The notes beneath the pieces were generated by a model. It did no database searches, was not told the DNA's origin, and saw only the letters and a program-made list of their open reading frames with translations. The position numbers and the translations under genes were made by a program. Shown piece by piece: positions 16,196 to 21,796 of a stretch of 21,796 nucleotides of DNA (its first letter is position 1; each line of letters opens with the position of its first letter). This DNA is from a virus. Location of the stretch: positions 109,230 through 131,025 of IMG/VR virus record IMGVR_UViG_3300045971_000674; one strand, written 5' to 3'.

Positions 16196-18195
16196 GCGGC
16201 CTCCACGATGTAGTCTTCGAAGTTGGCGGCAGGCGTTTCGAGCCAGCCCTTGCGGTCGTCAGCGCGTTCGCCGTTGAAGGCGAGGTCGACGGCCGAGCGG
16301 TCTTCATCGTCGTCCATGGTGATCTGGAAGAGGTACTGGTCCAGGTTCTCCATGTAGGGGATGAAGTCGGGGGTCTTCGTGGTGCCGAGACCCTTGAAGT
16401 AGCGATGTGACCAGCCCTTGGTGCGGCAACCGACGGACTCGGACCAATCGTGGAACTCGCGTTCGGTGAAGAACTCGAGGACGGACTTGTCCTTCAACGT
16501 GACCTTCACGGTCGGCGTGCGGAGGATGTGCACGAAGCCAAGCTTGAACAGCTCCGGCCAGAAGGTGTCGAAGAGGTTCATCAGCAGGCCAGCGATGTGC
16601 GAGCCGTCCACGTCGGCGTCGGTAGCGAAGGCGACCTTACCGAAGTTGAGGTCGAGCAGCGACCGGACGGGCACGCCGATCTGGAGGCCGATGAGCGTGA
16701 GAATCTTTTGGATCTCGTTGGGCTCTGCCTTCTTGCCTTCCTTTTCCTTCTCCTTCCGCTTGTCCAGACCCAGGACTCGGGCGATGTCCTTCTCGCGGAC
16801 GTTCAGGACCTTGCCACGCAGCGGGAAGGTGCCGATGTAGGGCGTCTTACCGCGCGCCGCGAACAGGGCCTTGGCAGCGGAGTCACCCTCGGCGAGGAAC
16901 AGCACGCACTTGTGGCGCTGGGTCTTCTCGAGTGCATCGCAGAACTTGTCGACACGCTTGTAGTTCGCCTTGCCAACGTCCTTGTTGGCCTTGCGGACTT
17001 CGGCCATCAGAGCAGCTTGTTCCTTGGCTGCCACCCAGTCGAGGATCGCCTTGACGATCTCCGTCTTGATGAGCTTCTGGATGAACTTCTCCGGCACCGT
17101 CCAGGTGCGGCCGTAGGCGCTGGGCTCGGTGATGAGCTCGTCCTTGGTCTGGCTCGAGTAGCGCGGGTTCACGATGGTGGCATCGATGAACAGGTGCATG
17201 TGGTTGCGCACATCGGCCGGCTTGACGACGACCTTGTGCTTCTTCTCGATGTAGGCACGGACTCCGTCCACGATCTGGTTCACCACGTAGGAGATGTGGG
17301 TGCCACCGGTCTTGGTGCGGCTCGTGTTCACGAAGGAGGTGTGGAAGAAGCCGTCTTCGGACTTCGACACGCCGACCTTGAAGGACTCGCCTTCGTCGTA
17401 GACGTATTCACCGTCAGCGCCCGTGAACATCTCGATGTAGTCCTTGAACGTCCGCGTCATCACGCGAGTGCCGTTGAAGTAGACCTTGAGGTGCGTGTTG
17501 GTCGCTGCGACTTCGTAGACGCGCGACAGCAGCATGTTCATGTTGTCGCCGTCGATACCTTCCATGCCGAGCTTCTCGAAGTCGGGGAGGTAGGTGATGC
17601 GAGTGTAGCCTTCCTTGCCATCAGCAGGAGTGACCTTCGCATTCCGACCGCCTTGCGAGTTGTCGGTGAAGGTCATGAGGAAGCGGTTCTTGCCGTCGCA
17701 GGTCTCGACGCGGAACTTCTGGGAGAAGATGCACGTGAGAGCAGCACCTTCACCGTTCTGGCCGGTGAGGACGGACTCGTCGGAATCGTCGAAGTTGGTA
17801 CCGGCGCGGAGTTCGAAGATCATCTCCGGAATCCACTGGTCGTATTCCTTGTGCTTCACGACGGGGATACCGCCGTTGTCGTAGACCGTGATCTCGCCGG
17901 AAGCTTGATCGACTTCGACACGGATGGTGTCGAGGTGCTTGCCTTCGGGCCGCTTCGAGTGGTCAGCGCTGTTGGACAGCACCTCGTCGAAGAGCTTCAG
18001 GAAGCCGGGGTTGTAGGTGAGCTCCACGCGCTGCATCTGAACATTCGTGGCGGACTTGACGTTCGGCACGTATTCGAGAGCAGTGTGGGGCTTGATACCA
18101 CCGATGTAACGACCTGGGCGGAGGAGGACGTGTTCGACCTCGCTCAGCTTGCGGAACTGTTGCTCGATGGACTTGATGGTCTTTGTTGCGTTCAT
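16192..18195 (-). CDS. DNA topoisomerase II, ATPase/TOPRIM subunit (T4 gp39+gp60 equivalent in one ORF)
   Basis: EHVLLRPGRYIG, FDEVLSNSAD, DNGGIP, GQNGEGA (GHKL); AEGDSA, PLRGKVLN, DADVDGSHI, YFKGLGT (TOPRIM). Start reassigned to the ATG at 18195. Confidence 0.97.
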   Translation of the reverse strand: MNATKTIKSIEQQFRKLSEVEHVLLRPGRYIGGIKPHTALEYVPNVKSATNVQMQRVELTYNPGFLKLFDEVLSNSADHSKRPEGKHLDTIRVEVDQASGEITVYDNGGIPVVKHKEYDQWIPEMIFELRAGTNFDDSDESVLTGQNGEGAALTCIFSQKFRVETCDGKNRFLMTFTDNSQGGRNAKVTPADGKEGYTRITYLPDFEKLGMEGIDGDNMNMLLSRVYEVAATNTHLKVYFNGTRVMTRTFKDYIEMFTGADGEYVYDEGESFKVGVSKSEDGFFHTSFVNTSRTKTGGTHISYVVNQIVDGVRAYIEKKHKVVVKPADVRNHMHLFIDATIVNPRYSSQTKDELITEPSAYGRTWTVPEKFIQKLIKTEIVKAILDWVAAKEQAALMAEVRKANKDVGKANYKRVDKFCDALEKTQRHKCVLFLAEGDSAAKALFAARGKTPYIGTFPLRGKVLNVREKDIARVLGLDKRKEKEKEGKKAEPNEIQKILTLIGLQIGVPVRSLLDLNFGKVAFATDADVDGSHIAGLLMNLFDTFWPELFKLGFVHILRTPTVKVTLKDKSVLEFFTEREFHDWSESVGCRTKGWSHRYFKGLGTTKTPDFIPYMENLDQYLFQITMDDDEDRSAVDLAFNGERADDRKGWLETPAANFEDYIVEAA

Positions 18196-18201
18196 AGGGC
18201 T

Positions 18202-18207
18202 ATTATA
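18202..18207 (-). promoter_or_regulatory. TATAAT -10 box 6 nt before the gp39-like ATG; leaderless candidate
   Basis: Minus strand gtgTATAATagccctATG, with no Shine-Dalgarno sequence. Confidence 0.65.
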
Positions 18208-18234
18208 CACTATCCGCAAGGACAGGTTGAACTG

Positions 18235-18450
18235 TTACACGGGCGAGAGCCAGTACAACTGACCAGGTTTTACCACCTGACCAGACTCATCGAGCCAACG
18301 ATCGCCGCCGTAGTAGGTGGCCTTGAATGGCGGGCCGTCTTCACCTCGCCGGACTTGGAGCAGTTGGCATCGCTCCGGTGGATGAAAGTGGACCAGCAAC
18401 CAATTCGGCTTCGGGGTCCAACGGCGGTAGGGCGCATCGTCGTACTTCAT
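18235..18450 (-). CDS. Hypothetical protein (71 aa)
   Basis: ATG at 18450 (MKYDDAPY) with GGAG upstream and an ATGA overlap. Confidence 0.65.
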   Translation of the reverse strand: MKYDDAPYRRWTPKPNWLLVHFHPPERCQLLQVRRGEDGPPFKATYYGGDRWLDESGQVVKPGQLYWLSPV

Positions 18451-18674
18451 TCTCCAGGAACCCATGGTTTAGGCATGAAGCTGTCCCAGTCCTTCGACAA
18501 CTCGAAGAAGACCGGCTTACCTGACTTGTCACGGTCAGGCTTTGCCACGAAGGGTTGGGCACGAACTGCAGCTTCACGAGCCGTAAGCTGTTCCTTGAGG
18601 TCAGCCTCGTCCTTGACCACCATGCAGAAGCGGGCAGTGGTCAGGACGGTATGCGTGACGTAGACGGTCTTCAC
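18447..18674 (-). CDS. Hypothetical protein (75 aa)
   Basis: GTGA overlap with the upstream stop. Confidence 0.65.
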   Translation of the reverse strand: MKTVYVTHTVLTTARFCMVVKDEADLKEQLTAREAAVRAQPFVAKPDRDKSGKPVFFELSKDWDSFMPKPWVPGE

Positions 18675-18892
18675 ATGAATTCTTTCATGTTGAATTCAAG
18701 ATCTCCACACGGCACGATCTCCTGGGGTCGGCCGAGTTCATCGACCTTGCGCCAATGGCCGTCACCCGTGTAGACGACATTGAATGTGCCGGCTTCCTTG
18801 TGGTAGCCGTATCGCACCTGGTAGACCCTGCCGATGTCAACAAGTAGCATCGAGTAGGGGATCCAAGACCCCCACACGAAACTCAATCCCAC
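18671..18892 (-). CDS. Hypothetical protein (start uncertain; alternative ATG at 18850)
   Basis: Fills the gap on the coding strand. Confidence 0.55.
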   Translation of the reverse strand: MGLSFVWGSWIPYSMLLVDIGRVYQVRYGYHKEAGTFNVVYTGDGHWRKVDELGRPQEIVPCGDLEFNMKEFM

Positions 18893-19410
18893 TGGGTGCC
18901 GCCGGTGACCACCGAGCCGACGATCTGCAGCACGAGGATCTTGGTGCCAGGCTTCAGGTTCGCGACACGCTCGGCCTCTGCCACCGCGGTGGAGCGGGCC
19001 AGGTGCAGCACGGGATCAGTGCCGAAGACCAGACGGTCGGTCGGGCCGATGTGCGCGAGGACGAAGCCCTTGTCCTTGGCCGCTTGCTTGGCCGAACGGG
19101 TACGGCCGGACGGCAGTGGCTGGTTGTTGGCAGTCGCCGGCGCTTGCACGATCACGGGCTGGGTGGCGAAGCTGGTCTCCATCACGAAGGACGGGCACTG
19201 CTTGGCCATGGTCACCAGGCGGTCGGCGCGGAAGGAGCGGCCGTTCAGCGTGTAGTAGCGACCCGACGGGGTGCGCGAACCACCGAGCAGCGCAAGCTTC
19301 CCGTGATGTGCTTTGTTGGAGTAGACGTTGCCTTCGGCGTCCATGAAGTAGCCCTGGAGCAGGGAGTCCGTCTTGACGAGCGGGAGGACATTCTTGCCAG
19401 CGATTTGCAT
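18883..19410 (-). CDS. Two-domain hypothetical protein with a NUMOD4-like N-terminus and no HNH domain
   Basis: GYFMDAEGNVYS...GRYYTLNGRSFRADRLV resembles the Y.VS..G.V.S...VHRLV pattern. A P/A/Q-rich linker leads to a C-terminal P..H.....A.AEAERVA...PG motif. Confidence 0.55.
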   Translation of the reverse strand: MQIAGKNVLPLVKTDSLLQGYFMDAEGNVYSNKAHHGKLALLGGSRTPSGRYYTLNGRSFRADRLVTMAKQCPSFVMETSFATQPVIVQAPATANNQPLPSGRTRSAKQAAKDKGFVLAHIGPTDRLVFGTDPVLHLARSTAVAEAERVANLKPGTKILVLQIVGSVVTGGTQWD

Positions 19411-19434
19411 GGTGTTCTTTCGTAGTTGAGGGGT

Positions 19435-19689
19435 TCAGAGGTTGACGTGGATGCAGCCGAGACCTGTGGCTTGGGTGATGCGCCAGCCGGCGGCCTCGAG
19501 GGTCTTGACCATGCGAGCACGGTCGCCACCGTCATACATGGCGACCTCGCTGATCGTACTGCCAGGCGCGACACAGCCCCGCAGGATCTTGTCGTTGGCA
19601 ATCAGGTCCTTCAAGAAGGCAGCATCCGACGGCGAACCGCAAACTTCACGGGCCGTGGTAGCGGTGAGGATCTGGAAAGGAGTGGTCAT
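19435..19689 (-). CDS. Hypothetical protein (84 aa)
   Basis: ATG at 19689 with a GGAGAG RBS, directly downstream of a promoter. Confidence 0.75.
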   Translation of the reverse strand: MTTPFQILTATTAREVCGSPSDAAFLKDLIANDKILRGCVAPGSTISEVAMYDGGDRARMVKTLEAAGWRITQATGLGCIHVNL

Positions 19690-19717
19690 GGATCTCTCCA
19701 CAGTGGTTGATGGTGCT

Positions 19718-19746
19718 ATTGTATCACCAACCACGGGTTTGTACAC
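19718..19746 (-). promoter_or_regulatory. Early-type promoter GTGTAC-N17-TACAAT
   Basis: Minus strand GTGTACaaacccgtggttggtgaTACAAT; hexamers and spacing are identical at 21044..21072. Confidence 0.75.
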
Positions 19747-19762
19747 AGCCGATGTGTAACGG

Positions 19763-20266
19763 TCAGGCCAACCGATACGACTTCAGCTTCTTGATGAACT
19801 CGAACTCGGTGCTGCCTTCGACGTATGGCACAATTTGCTGCACTTCACCGACGATGTTCTTTACGGCGTGCACGTAGCGTGCCTTGCCTGGTGTGAACTC
19901 GGGCTCTTCGTAGACGACGTCCCAGTAACGTGCAGGCACGACGATGCCGCATGCAGTTGCCATGCCGTTCATCGACTCTCCGTCTTCGCAGAACAGCGCG
20001 ACAGGCAGGCTGAGCTCCAGCCCGAAGGTATCGAAGAAGGCAAAGGCATCCATCACGCCGGCGTGGTTCGTGGCCGCGCAGATGATGATCGTCTTGTCGC
20101 GGTCAGCCCAGTCGAAGAACGTGCGGTAGTCCAGCAGGTTCTCGCCCTTTTGGCTGGCGACTTGGTTGGCCATCTCGCTCACTGCATGAGCAGTCTGCAG
20201 CCCGCATTGCAGCGGGGACAGGTACAGGTTCGCAACGAAGGAGTAGAAGCGGTATTGTTTGTTCAT
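19763..20266 (-). CDS. Phage PTH2-like (peptidyl-tRNA hydrolase II fold) protein
   Basis: Y.FV..YLS..Q.GLQTAHAV.EM, W...DKTIII and F.ED..SMNG..TA.GIV follow the PTH2 motif order. Start at ATG 20266 (ATGA overlap). Confidence 0.6.
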   Translation of the reverse strand: MNKQYRFYSFVANLYLSPLQCGLQTAHAVSEMANQVASQKGENLLDYRTFFDWADRDKTIIICAATNHAGVMDAFAFFDTFGLELSLPVALFCEDGESMNGMATACGIVVPARYWDVVYEEPEFTPGKARYVHAVKNIVGEVQQIVPYVEGSTEFEFIKKLKSYRLA

Positions 20267-20694
20267 GACAGGAGTGCCTTTGCGACTGTGGCGGCGAGCT
20301 TGCCGTCGTATTGACCGTCGAAGCGGGACTTCAGGAGTTGGAGCATCTTGCCCATGTCCTTCGGACCAGCGGTGATTTCGGTCTTGATGGAACCGAGTAC
20401 TTGCTGCAGCTGCTCTTCGGTGAACTGCTTCGGCAGCCAGCCTTCGAGCCATGCCTTCTCGGCTTGCAGGCCAGCGAGGGCTTCAGGGTGCTTCACCAGC
20501 TTGATGGTGTCGTCGACGCCAGTCAAGAACTTCTTGACACGGCTCATGACCTCGGAGTCGGTGACTTGTCGGTTGCCGTCGTTCTTGCCGATCATCTCAG
20601 CTTCACCGATCACGGTCTGGCCGAGGGCAGCAAGCGGGTGCTTGACCTTGCGGAGCTCGAGCGTAGCGAGCTTGATTTGTTCGAGAAGTGACAT
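20263..20694 (-). CDS. GatB/YqeY domain protein
   Basis: MSLLEQIK..., E...LE.WLPKQFTEEQL, GPKDMGKML..LK....GQYDGK; AGGAG RBS. Confidence 0.9.
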   Translation of the reverse strand: MSLLEQIKLATLELRKVKHPLAALGQTVIGEAEMIGKNDGNRQVTDSEVMSRVKKFLTGVDDTIKLVKHPEALAGLQAEKAWLEGWLPKQFTEEQLQQVLGSIKTEITAGPKDMGKMLQLLKSRFDGQYDGKLAATVAKALLS

Positions 20695-20708
20695 TGATGT
20701 CTCCTAGA

Positions 20709-20972
20709 TTACTTGCGGTAGCCGCCTTGAGACGGGTGGATGTCGTCGTATGAGGGTGTTGACTTGCCCTTGGTTTTGTCGACCGTGACCTCGATCTTGG
20801 TCACTTGGTCACGACCAGGAAACCGGTCCATGGGATCGCCACCCACTTCTTGGATGACGTAGCGAACTGTCACGCAGTCCACGTGAACCTGCAGATCGGC
20901 AGCAATGAGCTCCTTCATCTGGTCAAGTCCGAATTCATACGTCTCTTGAGACGACTTCAAGATACCAGCCAT
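20709..20972 (-). CDS. Hypothetical protein (87 aa)
   Basis: ATG at 20972 (MAGILKSS) with a GGAG RBS, downstream of a promoter. Confidence 0.75.
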   Translation of the reverse strand: MAGILKSSQETYEFGLDQMKELIAADLQVHVDCVTVRYVIQEVGGDPMDRFPGRDQVTKIEVTVDKTKGKSTPSYDDIHPSQGGYRK

Positions 20973-21043
20973 GATCACTCCAGTACACCGCCGCCGATTT
21001 ATAGCATTAGCTTCAAGATAGCGCGCGGAAAGTTGATAGTGCA

Positions 21044-21072
21044 ATTGTACACTACGGGCTGCCGTTGTACAC
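21044..21072 (-). promoter_or_regulatory. Early-type promoter GTGTAC-N17-TACAAT
   Basis: Minus strand GTGTACaacggcagcccgtagtgTACAAT, just downstream of a terminator. Confidence 0.75.
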
Positions 21073-21103
21073 CGCAGGTTGTAGGTCGAGGGACGCACAC
21101 CAC

Positions 21104-21135
21104 AAAGCCCGAGGAACCTTCGCTCCTCGGGCTTT
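21104..21135. terminator. Rho-independent terminator, possibly bidirectional
   Basis: AAAGCCCGAGGA-N8-TCCTCGGGCTTT perfect 12-bp stem, just after the kinase stop codon. Confidence 0.85.
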
Positions 21136-21150
21136 CAGTTCAGCTGATGA

Positions 21151-21796
21151 TCAGAGTGGCAGTTGGACCGCGCCGACACCCACGGGCGGTGCATTCTTGC
21201 GGTTGACCCACTTCACGCCTTGCTCGACCATCAGGATGGCCTGCTCAAGGTCATCGCCTGGGACAATGGCGTCCCAGCTGAACATGTTCATCCAGCGGCG
21301 CTCGTCGCCTGCAATGCTCTGCATCCGGCTGGTGTGCGCACGAATGAACGGGGTGATGCGTTCCTTCAGCTGTTCGATTGCCAGTTCATTGAAGGTGGCG
21401 GCATGCCGACTTGCAGAGTTGGTGTTGATGCCATCGATGGCCGAGTTGATGTCCCTCACGGTGCGGGTGATCAGGCGCTCAGTGCGAAGCGCTTCGGGTA
21501 CGTGCACGTAGATCTGGAACGTTGCCCAGCCGCGGTCATGGCACTCCTTGCGGTAGATACCGAGACCTTGTGGTTCCAGCACGATCACTGGTGGCTGCTC
21601 TGACGTCATCTTCCCGTTCATCTCGTCATTGGTCACGCCGTAGCGGGTGCCATTGAACTCGATGAGCTCGAAGAACTGGCCGTCCTGCTCCATGTTGCGA
21701 CTCTGCTGCTCGCTGATGAAGTAGTAGTCGACACCTTCACGTTCACCAGTACGCATGGGGCGGGTGGTGGTGCTGACGATCCGGCTGGTCAAACCA
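21151..21796 (-). CDS. gmk: Guanylate kinase-like protein, 5' end outside the window
   Basis: VSTTTRPMRTGEREGVDYYFIS, FFE..EFNG.RYG and VLEPQG GMP-binding motifs; the P-loop would lie upstream of the window edge. Confidence 0.85.
   Translation of the reverse strand, partial: GLTSRIVSTTTRPMRTGEREGVDYYFISEQQSRNMEQDGQFFELIEFNGTRYGVTNDEMNGKMTSEQPPVIVLEPQGLGIYRKECHDRGWATFQIYVHVPEALRTERLITRTVRDINSAIDGINTNSASRHAATFNELAIEQLKERITPFIRAHTSRMQSIAGDERRWMNMFSWDAIVPGDDLEQAILMVEQGVKWVNRKNAPPVGVGAVQLPL

Larger units (their letters stand above)
1..21796 (-). mobile_element. Segment of a large (T4-like/jumbo) bacteriophage genome
   Basis: Single-strand dense gene packing with many small ORFans, tail-fibre-like proteins, a T4-type two-subunit topoisomerase II, thyA, TAAATA late-type motifs and a C(UUCG)G terminator hairpin. 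No integrase or host housekeeping operon is visible. Confidence 0.9.

Noticed and set aside
16450-18663. 737-aa plus-strand ORF (also 13613..14737, 8285..9061, 10552..11298 and other plus-strand ORFs)
   Set aside because: Antisense shadows of well-supported minus-strand genes, expected from their codon bias; no recognisable motifs.
20973-21043. Leader region as a tRNA or ncRNA
   Set aside because: No cloverleaf, T-loop or convincing stable structure seen by eye; no tRNA or rRNA genes were recognised anywhere in the window.

Overview
A fragment of a large T4-like/jumbo dsDNA phage genome, probably infecting a fairly GC-rich host. All credible genes (~37) are on the minus strand, tightly packed and often joined by ATGA overlaps. 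Left part (1-6946): a late/structural block with three tail-fibre-like or virion proteins, small hypotheticals and a 569-aa putative internal head protein with a degenerate ADP-ribosyltransferase-like motif set. Five of these genes are preceded by a TAAATA motif resembling the T4 late promoter core. Right part (6950-21796): an early/middle accessory block with sigma70-like promoters (GTGTAC-N17-TACAAT, plus three -10 boxes exactly 6 nt before an ATG, suggesting leaderless mRNAs). It encodes a macro domain, thymidylate synthase, Tpt1/KptA, a SLOG (MoCo-carrier-like) protein, DnaJ, a GGQ release-factor-domain protein, both type IIA topoisomerase subunits, two signal-peptide proteins, a PTH2-like protein, YqeY and a guanylate-kinase-like protein. 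The best candidate systems are (i) an NAD+/ADP-ribose cluster (ART-like, macro, Tpt1 and SLOG within ~5 kb) and (ii) a tRNA/ribosome-rescue toolkit (GGQ protein, PTH2-like, YqeY, Tpt1). All family calls come from motif recognition by eye, not database searches.
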